Below, one piece after another: positions 39,546 to 48,419 of a stretch of DNA of 64,000 bases. Both the position numbers and the translations under genes were made by a program. Under the pieces are notes generated by a model. It did not search any database. It was not told where the DNA came from and worked only from the letters and a program-made list of their open reading frames with translations. Source of the DNA: Nitrosopumilus sp. (lineage in GTDB: Archaea > Thermoproteota > Nitrososphaeria > Nitrososphaerales > Nitrosopumilaceae); contig OZ244651.1 of NCBI GenBank assembly GCA_965218695.1, positions 1,760,001 through 1,824,000 on the forward strand, written 5' to 3'. Each line of letters opens with the position of its first letter. Within the stretch, counting starts at the first letter, position 1.

Positions 39546-40136
39546 CTAACCGAAGGCGTTCGGGCCTTCGAGCGGACCCTCTCTGTCTCTCCTCAACATC
39601 TCTTTCTTGACGGCCTTCTTGATCCTCTCTGGGGTGTAGTACGGATTTGCTTCCTTGAACTTCTTTAGGAGCTCCTTCTTGGTCTTGAGGCGTTCAGCCG
39701 ACTTGATGTGACTTATTCCCTTGTGGATCAGGGTTATCATGTCTGGGTTGGGATAGGCCAACAGTTTGCCGTCCTTTTCCTCGATCCATATGTCGGGCTC
39801 TAGGTTGAACTGTTTGGCCTTTTCCTTGATTCTGGGGAATGACTTCCGAACGTACGCCTCCGTCGTGCGACGTCTGAGGGATTGTACGGTGAACTCTTCC
39901 CGACATTCGAGGTGCGTCTTTTGGTTGTTGCTCGTGATGTCGGATTTTGGGATGATCTCATCACAGTGTACACAGATTTTGCGATCCTCGACCTTTATCA
40001 CGTCGGAGCATTCCAAATGGCGATCCTGCCCTTCGTAAGTGATGTGCGTAGAGTCCATTATGTCGTCACATACGACGCAGATTCTCGGCTTGAATTTTGG
40101 CCACTTTATTGTGGGTTTGGATTTTCTTCTGCCCAT
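39546..40136 (-). CDS. Hypothetical protein with two CxxC...HxxC zinc-finger repeats
   Basis: CVVCDD...RHLEC and CVHCDE...THLEC. Confidence 0.65.
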   Translation of the reverse strand: MGRRKSKPTIKWPKFKPRICVVCDDIMDSTHITYEGQDRHLECSDVIKVEDRKICVHCDEIIPKSDITSNNQKTHLECREEFTVQSLRRRTTEAYVRKSFPRIKEKAKQFNLEPDIWIEEKDGKLLAYPNPDMITLIHKGISHIKSAERLKTKKELLKKFKEANPYYTPERIKKAVKKEMLRRDREGPLEGPNAFG

Positions 40137-40199
40137 ACATTTGAAAAAACTTTAGTTCTATTATATAGTTGCGAGTTTACAATTAGACTGTATATCAGG

Positions 40200-40345
40200 C
40201 CTTATCCGGAAGAACTGCCTTCCGTTCCGGGCAATCGAGCCGTACGCTACGATCCTCTTGTGGTTGCTTGCGTATGGCACGTTTATGAAACGACCTGCCA
40301 TAGACCAATATTGACGGTCGACTATCACGTCGGGCACGAAAATTA
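40200..40345 (-). pseudogene. IS630 transposase fragment
   Basis: YWSMAGRFINVPYASNHKRIVAYGSIARNGRQFFR vs YWSPVGVPITVPYTGSHKRITAYGSITMDGRQFFR in 17661-18674. Confidence 0.75.
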
Positions 40346-40371
40346 CCTGGGACAAGCGCATAAACGCCCAG

Positions 40372-40479
40372 ATCAAAACGGCGAATCCATCAAAACAAGG
40401 ATTGAAACCTCAAAAGATGGACGTCTCCAGGGATGAGACCGAGTCAAAACGACGAATCCATCAAAACAAGGATTGAAAC
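40372..40479 (+). CRISPR. Mini-CRISPR array: two 37-bp repeats and one 34-bp spacer; no cas genes in the window
   Basis: Repeats RTCAAAACGRCGAATCCATCAAAACAAGGATTGAAAC at 40372-40408 and 40443-40479 (2 mismatches); ATTGAAAC 3' end; spacer CTCAAAAGATGGACGTCTCCAGGGATGAGACCGA. Confidence 0.82.
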
Positions 40480-40596
40480 AACCACGCCGGTCACGCCGGT
40501 CACACGTTCAGGCAGTGTCCCAATTTTAGACTATTATTTTGCCTAGCTTACAATATAGTGTTATTCAGAATAATATTTATTTCAAGAACGGTCAAT

Positions 40597-41472
40597 ATGG
40601 CCATGCCCCGCCGTGCCAAAAAAGAGCTCCGCAACTTCACCCGCTCACTAAGGCTCGTCAAGCGATCCATCCGCCTCAACATACCCAGCTTTGTCAGCCG
40701 ATCCCTGTGCGTCAATCCCGGCGACCGCTTGGAGTGGTCGTTGAAATCCGGCATCCTCTGGTTCCGGATCGGTTCCGGGCCGAACAAGTTCTTCCTGCAA
40801 GGGCGCTCCCTGTACTGCACCGTCCCCATGAACTTGGCCAAATCTGCCGGATACTGGGACGGCGACTGGGTGCGGTTGAACGTGTACAGGGACGACTACC
40901 CGTTAGCCATATCCCTATCCCGCGCCAAACCGCCGCCCCCCGGCACGTTCGTCCGAGACAGGTGGAAGGAGGAAGAACGCGAGTGGGACAAAATGGTCGA
41001 TGAACTACGCCGGATCGAAGACGATAACAAGCGCCTGAAGAGAGAGAAATATGAATTGGAATTCGAGGTGAGACGCTTGAGGGCCACGGTAAGAGGGTAC
41101 AAGATCGGCGGTTCGTTCTCAGATTCGTGGTGGCTAGAGAAGCTTGACAAGATGAAAGATAACGTGGAAGGACCCCTGAAGGAAAAATTCGCCCGCGAAT
41201 TCGGCAAGGAATGGTGGCTCAACCCGTACTTCATCGCATCCAGCGTCGAATTTTTAAATATCACACCCAGCCGTAACTTGGAGGCACACTTTGCCGGCCT
41301 GCTGGCTAATTTCGACCTTGACGATCCGGGCATCGACAGGATAGAGGTTGAGGCGTACCGCCCCGTGCTAGAGATGGTCAAGTCCGGCATGTCACTGGCA
41401 GAAGCCGTGGCCTCCAACATACGGGCTTTCGCGGCTAGATCTTCAGGATCATCACCCCGTAGGTCTTTCTGA
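40597..41472 (+). CDS. Protein with tandem AbrB/MazE-like domains and a coiled coil
   Basis: SIRLNIPSFVSRSLCVNPGDRLEW and SLYCTVPMNLAKSAGYWDGDWVRL. Confidence 0.65.
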   Translation: MAMPRRAKKELRNFTRSLRLVKRSIRLNIPSFVSRSLCVNPGDRLEWSLKSGILWFRIGSGPNKFFLQGRSLYCTVPMNLAKSAGYWDGDWVRLNVYRDDYPLAISLSRAKPPPPGTFVRDRWKEEEREWDKMVDELRRIEDDNKRLKREKYELEFEVRRLRATVRGYKIGGSFSDSWWLEKLDKMKDNVEGPLKEKFAREFGKEWWLNPYFIASSVEFLNITPSRNLEAHFAGLLANFDLDDPGIDRIEVEAYRPVLEMVKSGMSLAEAVASNIRAFAARSSGSSPRRSF

Positions 41473-41983
41473 TTCCCGAATCCCCGTCACACGGGGCAGA
41501 CATGGCATTTGCAAGGCTCCCGCAAGCGACTGTAAGGGAACGAGCGGGGCTCGATTCGCGCGTTCTCAGGATCCTGTCAGAATCTCACCTGTCATCTATC
41601 CCCCGCGCGCCCGGCCCCGTCACGCAGGCAGCTTGGAGTGCCAAGCATGGGAGAAACGACCCGCAGGCAAGCAAACCGTCAGGATCCCGGGGCATCCGCG
41701 AAGGCTTTGTACAATGGGTCGAACACCTGAGTACGGGTGCGGCCTCGTGGGGCAGAACTCGGCGGCATCTCACTGCTACCCTTCTTGCGGCATTCCCTGC
41801 ACCCGACGCATCAGAGGATCATTGGCGCCGACCAAGGCACGCCATGGATGGACGCGCTTCGGGACCGGGCTGCACGGGGAGCGAGTCACGGCGCACAGTT
41901 GCGTTTCCCCGCAGAGGGAAAACGGATTCGTGGAAAGCGGCAGACGTTCCCGTTTCCTGCCAGGCCGCGGCACGCACAACACG

Positions 41984-42190
41984 TCACGCCTCGGGATCGT
42001 AGGTTCCTGCCCTGACGGACTTTGATATCTTGCTGACCTTGGGACGGGAGATCGGCCGGTTCCAATAGGGCGACCGGCAACTTCGCACGCGGCAGCTGCC
42101 CGGCGGCTTGGTGCCTTTCAAGATCGTCCAAGTCCCACCGCACCGTTCGCAGGTGCACTTGATGGCCGTGACCGTGATCTCTTCCATCAT
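41984..42190 (-). CDS. Small zinc-ribbon protein of the kind seen in archaeal viruses and plasmids
   Basis: CERCGGTW...PGSC...CRSPYWN. Confidence 0.7.
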   Translation of the reverse strand: MMEEITVTAIKCTCERCGGTWTILKGTKPPGSCRVRSCRSPYWNRPISRPKVSKISKSVRAGTYDPEA

Positions 42191-42372
42191 GACACTACGT
42201 GTGCCATGTGTGACATATAGCACTTTTTAGTCCAGTGTGCGTTTTCCATGCGCCATCATGACATGCATAAAAATGAAAGATGTGGTGGGTCAAAAGGGCA
42301 TCAGAATGTTGTGCTAGCAGGAATCATAACTGTTCGGGAATCTCACCTTCATCTTGAAAATATATGCTCCAC

Positions 42373-42398
42373 ATGGTACATGTTTATATATGTACCAT
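42373..42398. promoter_or_regulatory. Palindromic operator candidate enclosing a TATA box
   Basis: ATGGTACAT-GTTTATAT-ATGTACCAT upstream of ATG 42413. Confidence 0.6.
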
Positions 42399-42412
42399 AC
42401 GGTATATGTTAT

Positions 42413-42658
42413 ATGAAAACACAGGCCGCAGCGATCAACCGAAACGGAAGTGCAGGTGAATTTTTCTACAAAAACGCCTGTACTGCTCCTGTCAATACCA
42501 CTTTAAGAGTAGCAAAATGCCATGTGTCCCCGGTGGAACACATCCTAACAGAAGGCATGGCAGACGCCCACAAGCGATTCGTCGTCGAATTAGGACAAGA
42601 CGATAGGCAACCGGATGCCTGCCAGACGGGACGGCTCCGGGAGGCTGGCAAGCGATGA
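42413..42658 (+). CDS. Hypothetical protein, first gene of the replication-like operon
   Basis: ATG downstream of the TATA box; ATGA overlap with the next gene. Confidence 0.5.
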   Translation: MKTQAAAINRNGSAGEFFYKNACTAPVNTTLRVAKCHVSPVEHILTEGMADAHKRFVVELGQDDRQPDACQTGRLREAGKR

Positions 42659-42972
42659 CCCACTACGCCGTTCGGCTCTACACGGATCAATTAGTCAAGG
42701 TTCACAGCACGCGGATCGAGTGCGGCCGGAAAGACATCCCGGGCATGCTTGCCTGCGTCGTGATACACTACCTCAAGGACGCCCCCTATCCGGGGGCCAT
42801 GCAGGCCCGCGTCATAGTCGGCAGGCGCTACACCGAATACGTGATCCGGCTGAAAAACGACGCTCTGGACGTGTACCGCCACGTATTGCGGGCCAACAGG
42901 GCGGAGGTACAGGAGCACCCCGCCGGTTCCGCGGCGCCTCTAGATGGAGAGGAAGAGGGTGCAGCCCGGTGA
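42655..42972 (+). CDS. Hypothetical protein (paralog 1)
   Basis: YAVRLYT...TRIEC..DIP...YLKDAPYPG...IRLKN...VYRHV shared with the next gene. Confidence 0.75.
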   Translation: MTHYAVRLYTDQLVKVHSTRIECGRKDIPGMLACVVIHYLKDAPYPGAMQARVIVGRRYTEYVIRLKNDALDVYRHVLRANRAEVQEHPAGSAAPLDGEEEGAAR

Positions 42973-43232
42973 CCCGCTACGCAGTTCGACTCTACACAAA
43001 CGGGGGAGATCGTATCCGGGGCACGCGGATTGAATGCAGCAGGAGGGACATCCCGGACTGTCTGGCAGATATCGCGATGGACTACCTGAGGGATGCCCCG
43101 TATCCGGGCATCATCCAAGCCCTGGTCAACGTCGGCCGGAACTATACGCAATACTTGATCCGGCTTAAAAATAACACCGTGACGGTATACCGCCACGTAT
43201 TCCAATGCGACATGGAAGGGGTGCAGGAATGA
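42969..43232 (+). CDS. Hypothetical protein (paralog 2)
   Basis: GTGA overlap with paralog 1 and clear similarity to it. Confidence 0.75.
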   Translation: MTRYAVRLYTNGGDRIRGTRIECSRRDIPDCLADIAMDYLRDAPYPGIIQALVNVGRNYTQYLIRLKNNTVTVYRHVFQCDMEGVQE

Positions 43233-43317
43233 TGCAGGCTGCGTGCATCCGCGTCAGGCAGAACGCCGACGAGCCGTTTCTGACGCGTGCCGACAGGATG
43301 AACACGGAGCCGGCGCC

Positions 43318-44703
43318 ATGATCCTCTGGTGCACCAAGTGCAGGGAATTCCGCAAGAAGAACACGCCTGACTGGTCCGAGTGCAGGTACTCGTCCCGGCA
43401 CACGCTGGTGCCGGGCCACGAGAGGATGGAAAAGGAGCTGCGGCAGGTAAGGGAGAGGATCACCGCTTCCGGCAAGCCTCGCGACGAAGATCTCAAGAGG
43501 CTCGGCGCGCTCGAGGCCGTCAAGAACGCCGAGTCCGACAGCGACGACGAGAGGGGGCACATAGCTGCTGTGGCAGACGGGATGATCGCCGGGCACGCGT
43601 GCGTGGAGCGTGACCCCGGCGGGGCGTTCTTTTGGATGAAAAGCGGCGGCTCGTGGTACCTGTTCCGGCACGATGACGGCATGGTGACGGATCTGATCCA
43701 GGCCGGGTACTTTCGGAAGTACGGCGTGGTGGCGCCCGACTATTACGTGACGACTGCGCTGGCCTCGCACAGGCTGCGCGCCAAGTTTGATGGGCTGCGC
43801 GTGGACCGCGTCTGGAAGCGCGCCGGCTTTGACGGCCGCACGCTGTGGGTGGATCTGGGCGGGCAGCCCCGGCGCCTGTACGGGATATCTGCCGAAAAAC
43901 ACGGACCTGTCATCCCGTATTCCCCGGACGTGCGCGTGGTGATCGAGCGGCACGGAGCCGCGATGCCCGAACCCGAGCGGGGAGGCGAGGGGTGGCTGGA
44001 GAAGTTTCGCGCCATGCTGCGCGTGCGGGAGGAGCAGGCGGAGCTGTTCTGCGCGCACCTCTGCCACATGTTCTGCGCACACCACCAAACCCCCGCGATG
44101 CTGTTCTCCGGCCCGCCAGGCTCCGGCAAGACGGCGGTCGCCCGCCTCGTGCGGGAGTTGGTGGATCCGGTCGGGTTTGAATACGCCGTCGCGGTGCTGC
44201 CAAAGTCGGCAGATAGCCTGCGCAGGATCCTGGCAGGATCGCCGGCGGCATCGTTTGACAACGTGCGGCAGTTAAGCAGGGAGTCAGCCGACGCGATGTC
44301 GGGAGCGCTGGAAGGGCTGGCGATGATTGCAGGCGTGCAAAAGCATCCTGCATCTTTTGGCAACGTCCGCCTCGTAATGGCCGCGCCGGAAGGCAGACCA
44401 GCACGGCTGCATTCCCTGGAAGGCAAGACCGTCCGGTACGAGCTGTCGCCGGTGGAAGAGTGGAAGACCATGGGCGAGATGGCAGCCGATTTTTACGCCA
44501 TGAGGCCGCACCTGTACCACGAGATGTTCGACGTCCTGCACCGCGCCTTCGGGGATTCCCCGGTTGCCCGGCCATCCACCCGGATGGCCGACTTTGAGGT
44601 GCTGGGACGCTCCATTGCAAAACATGCCGGGCACGATGCAGACGGGTTTGTCGGATCTCTTCGTTTTGCGTTGTTGGATGGGACGATGCCGGGCACATCC
44701 TGA
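43318..44703 (+). CDS. P-loop ATPase, SF3/D5-like replication helicase candidate with an N-terminal zinc motif
   Basis: CTKC...C....H; GPPGSGKT; SFDNV; RMADF. Confidence 0.7.
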   Translation: MILWCTKCREFRKKNTPDWSECRYSSRHTLVPGHERMEKELRQVRERITASGKPRDEDLKRLGALEAVKNAESDSDDERGHIAAVADGMIAGHACVERDPGGAFFWMKSGGSWYLFRHDDGMVTDLIQAGYFRKYGVVAPDYYVTTALASHRLRAKFDGLRVDRVWKRAGFDGRTLWVDLGGQPRRLYGISAEKHGPVIPYSPDVRVVIERHGAAMPEPERGGEGWLEKFRAMLRVREEQAELFCAHLCHMFCAHHQTPAMLFSGPPGSGKTAVARLVRELVDPVGFEYAVAVLPKSADSLRRILAGSPAASFDNVRQLSRESADAMSGALEGLAMIAGVQKHPASFGNVRLVMAAPEGRPARLHSLEGKTVRYELSPVEEWKTMGEMAADFYAMRPHLYHEMFDVLHRAFGDSPVARPSTRMADFEVLGRSIAKHAGHDADGFVGSLRFALLDGTMPGTS

Positions 44704-45466
44704 CCGACGGCAATCAATCCGGTTCAAGCCTAGTGTTTTTGCACGCCTTTTCGAGTTCTTCCCGTTTTATGTCGTTCATGTACCCAAGTAATGAGATCTG
44801 ATCCACAGTCTTTTCGATTAACTATTCAGGAACTTACGTGTCGCTATACTAGACTGTGCCGATGACATTCTCGGACAAAGACATCAGATGCGATCAGGCA
44901 AAGCGACTACAAGTGAGCAAAAGGAGACACGCCGTTCCAATAGACCGTGGTTTCAAAAAGTCCTTCAATGTAATGATAGGGCACGCCAAGGCGAAGTACC
45001 GGGGTAAGGAGGCATGGATGAGGCACGGTCATGAAAACCGTTCTTTTCATCATGTGTGCTGCCGGCTACAGCTGAAATGACTGCATTTTCCATCAACCAT
45101 GGGTCAACCTCCATTCAATGATCAGACATTTAACTCTGGAAACGCATCTGAGAGTAGTGATTAAAGCAACAGGTGGGACGATTTTGGCGGTCATGTTATT
45201 GATTGCCTTGTTTGGTTCACTTCCAGGTGGCGATGTGGTAGACTCTAAATCTGCTGCAACCAACGCGCAACAGAACATTGCAACTGATACAGTTGTCAAA
45301 ACAGGAGGTAAAGTAATCAATACATTAGAAGATATGCGTAATCCACCCATTTTGCCAACCCGGCCATAAAAAACCGGAAAAATACGGCCTAAAACTGCTC
45401 GTGTCGTGTATGTGGCAAGTCCGTTCACCCCAAAATCCAAAATGACGTGCGCAGCCTTGCAGCACT

Positions 45467-46810
45467 TCATCGTGCCCTGAATTCTACTTGACCGGAGCTT
45501 CGGAGCAGGCCCTGTCCCAGTCTACTGACGTCTTCCACTGCCCTGGCGGTGGCGGACCCTTTTCCATGCAGTCCCACAATGTTCAGGTTTACCAGCCCGG
45601 TGATCACGTTAAACTCCCTGTTGAACTGGGCCGCGTTGCCGTCGTACGGGTCGGCAAGACGCGCGTAGCGCTTGAGCCTGCCTATCGTGTGCTCCACCAA
45701 TACCCGGGTGGAGTTGATCCTGTGGTTGTGCTTTTTTTGCTCCGGCGTCAGCGGCGTGTCCCTGGTCTTCTTGTGCGGGATCTCCGGCGTGGTGCCGGGC
45801 AGGTGGTCTGCGATTCCCTGGTAGCCGCGGTCGACGAAGGGGTGGCACCTGTCTGATTCTGGCAGGTCCGGATCGTGCATCGCCTCCTCCCACTTTCCAA
45901 ACGGCATGGGGCGTTCCTTGAGCAGCGTGATGTCGCCGACTGACCCGACGGTGCTTTTTGATATGCCGATCACCACCCCGTCCCGGTTGGTGTACACGTT
46001 GGTATTGTTGGTGAACTTTTTCTTCTTACCGGAGTATCCCATGCGCCGGACTGACTTTACAGACGGGCGCTGCACGGGGCAGTGCGTGCCGTCTATGAAT
46101 ATCTCGCCCCCGTCGGGTCCGGGCACGATCTTCTTGAAATCCTCCCTGGTCGGGGCAGCAGCTACCTCCTCGGATATGTTGTCTGCCGTCGGAAGTATTC
46201 CTGCCAGCATCGCATCCATCACCGGAATGTACCGGGACACGGTGGTCTGGTCTATCCCGAAGAATGCGGCAAGCACGCCTTGGGCGGGGTTGTCCTTTTT
46301 GCGGATAAGTGCTAGGAGCAGTGCGTGTCTCAGGTACAGTTTGCACCGGTTTCCGGGATCGGATGTCCGGGATGCGTCATCGCGGAACAGCGGCATCTGG
46401 CCCGAATGCGTCAGAAACGCCTTGGCCCGCTCCAGCATGTACCGGAACTGTTCCCCGTCTGCCAGCGTGACATGGCGGAGCTTGTCCCCGTCGCGTATTA
46501 TGCCGTCTAGCACCTCTAGCAGGTGCAACGCGGGCCCCTTGCCGGGGTTCCAGCCATCGTTCCTGCCCTTCCACAGGCCGCGTTCAAGGCCCAACTCCCT
46601 GTCTTTCTGTTCCAGCTTTTTGTCTTTCTGCTTTAGAATATTTTTTAGGCTTCTGTCTTTCTGTTCCAGCTTTTTGTCTTTCTGCTTTAGAATATTTTTT
46701 AGGCTTCTGTCTTTCTGTTCCAGCTTTTTGTCTTTCTGCTTTAGAATATTTTTTAGGCTTCTGTTTTCTTGTTCCAATCTGTGCATGATCTGATCAGGCG
46801 AGTCTGGCAT
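45467..46810 (-). CDS. IS5-family transposase
   Basis: IDGTH, YSGKKK, DRGY, RVLVEHTIGRLK; paralog of 23124-24437. Confidence 0.88.
   Translation of the reverse strand: MPDSPDQIMHRLEQENRSLKNILKQKDKKLEQKDRSLKNILKQKDKKLEQKDRSLKNILKQKDKKLEQKDRELGLERGLWKGRNDGWNPGKGPALHLLEVLDGIIRDGDKLRHVTLADGEQFRYMLERAKAFLTHSGQMPLFRDDASRTSDPGNRCKLYLRHALLLALIRKKDNPAQGVLAAFFGIDQTTVSRYIPVMDAMLAGILPTADNISEEVAAAPTREDFKKIVPGPDGGEIFIDGTHCPVQRPSVKSVRRMGYSGKKKKFTNNTNVYTNRDGVVIGISKSTVGSVGDITLLKERPMPFGKWEEAMHDPDLPESDRCHPFVDRGYQGIADHLPGTTPEIPHKKTRDTPLTPEQKKHNHRINSTRVLVEHTIGRLKRYARLADPYDGNAAQFNREFNVITGLVNLNIVGLHGKGSATARAVEDVSRLGQGLLRSSGQVEFRAR
46599..46760. repeat. 54-bp tandem repeat x3 encoding RSLKNILKQKDKKLEQKD
   Basis: Read directly. 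Confidence 0.9.
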
Positions 46811-47165
46811 TTGATGTGAGACGCGATCGTGCCTGATCTAAATTTATCGATGTGAACAGGGGGATTACGCATATCTTCTATTGGGTGACCAAGCTATTAA
46901 TTCATCATGCAAGGATGCAGCATCACAAGCATGCTCAACTGCAACTACAACAGTAAATATGGCCGGAATTGCAATTACCGTACTTGTAGCTGCGTTGACA
47001 GTTTCTGGAATTTTGGGATTTGTGAAATTTGTTATGAATGTAGTTGAGAGTTTTTAGGGTACACCAGCAGGTTGCCGCAGAATGTATTCTAGGATTTGTG
47101 GCGGGTATTGGCCTGTTTGCATCCGCCGTATTCCAAAAGACGTTTGGGCGGCACGACGCTGCCGC

Positions 47166-47852
47166 CTAGCAAAAGTTCTGCGTCGCGTAGACCACCTCAT
47201 CGGCGCTTATCTCCACGCCAACGCCAATCCTGTCATACGTACTGCCCAAGATATTTTCCCTGTGTCCCGGGCTGCCCATCCATCCCGAAAATATTTCACT
47301 GGCCACATCTAATTCGCTCTCATGCCAATCATACGAGCTCGTCACGCCTGCCGTCACGTACGACGAATAGGTATGACCCTGCGAGATATTTTCCGCAAGC
47401 CCCTCAGTGTAATGTGTTCCGTAATCCTTCACGCACGAGTAGCCGGCCCGCTCTCCCCTGGCAGTGGGATCCAGGCCTTCCGGCGTGTCGTGCGCAAAAT
47501 AACTGCGCTCTGACATGTCCACGCTGTGGTTTCTGGCAACCGAGTCTATGACCGAAACCCTCGCAAGCTGGGGAATGCCCATGCGCTGCCGTTCGTCATT
47601 TGTGAACTGGTAGATGTAGTCTTCTATCACTCCACTGTCAAACCCGGATGCGGTTCTGACCGGGAGCGTTTCAGTGACTGACGTCACCCGGTTTGACAGA
47701 TCGTCGCTTATGTTTTCGATGTCAGGCATGTTGACTGTTATCTGGTTCTCGTTCAGTGTGATGTGTTTTGACACCTCATCCTGGACAAGTTCAGCCGCCC
47801 TGTCCGTCCCAATCCAGTATAGCGCGCCTGCAACCAGCACGACGGCAACCAC
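47166..47852 (-). CDS. Membrane-anchored CAP/SCP-domain protein (5' end possibly frameshifted; original ATG perhaps 47967)
   Basis: TNDER, ARNHSVDM..YFAH, AENI, WMGSPGHRENIL, IGVGV, TQNFC. Confidence 0.85.
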   Translation of the reverse strand: MVAVVLVAGALYWIGTDRAAELVQDEVSKHITLNENQITVNMPDIENISDDLSNRVTSVTETLPVRTASGFDSGVIEDYIYQFTNDERQRMGIPQLARVSVIDSVARNHSVDMSERSYFAHDTPEGLDPTARGERAGYSCVKDYGTHYTEGLAENISQGHTYSSYVTAGVTSSYDWHESELDVASEIFSGWMGSPGHRENILGSTYDRIGVGVEISADEVVYATQNFC

Positions 47853-48419
47853 TGCGACTATTATGCCCGTAAGGCGCTTGGTTCCACGCGTCCTGCCTCT
47901 TGATCTTTTTCCACATTTTGAGCAGTAGAACGAGCCCCTAGCGTATTGAAAATTATGAGCACCCCATGTGTCAGATTAACTGGCTCAAATAAAAACAGTG
48001 CATGCTTGGACGGCGTCATGGAACCAGTCGCGGCAACGCATGTTTGCGTCAAAATTTCAACGCCGTCATGCACAGGGAAGGCCATCCACCAAGTCCGGAA
48101 ATGAGCTGGAACGGTCACTCAGACGGCCTGCGTGATAAGAACAGGGTGCTACGGCGGCCAGGGCCGGGCGCACTCGCACTTGTGCCGAAGTTTGTTTGCG
48201 TACGCCGTAAAACTTAAGGAATGATTGCCAGAGTACGGCCAGACGCGGTACAAATGACATTCCAGCCTGCAGGAAGCGCAGAAGGACGCGCCCGTGCCAC
48301 CATGTGCTAAGCGTAAGCGCCATCTGGAAAAAGCGTGACGGCGTGGATTGACGCATGTCTGCCGCGATATGTTCAATAGGTTCTAATTTCCCACAGGGGT
48401 GATTTCGAATGTGGGGGAA

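Larger units (their letters stand above)
45327..46879 (-). mobile_element. IS5-family (ISL2-like) element 2
   Basis: Perfect TIR AGAAGATATGCGTAATCC; 3-bp TSD ATT. Confidence 0.88.
45118..47057 (+). pseudogene. Small two-TM membrane protein gene interrupted by IS5 element 2
   Basis: Removing the IS and one ATT restores ...KVINTLGDQAINSSCKDAASQACSTATTTVNMAGIAITVLVAALTVSGILGFVKFVMNVVESF*. Confidence 0.75.

Noticed and set aside
40480-40530. Third CRISPR repeat after the array
   Set aside because: No recognisable repeat ~35 nt downstream; only a short CACGCCGGT duplication
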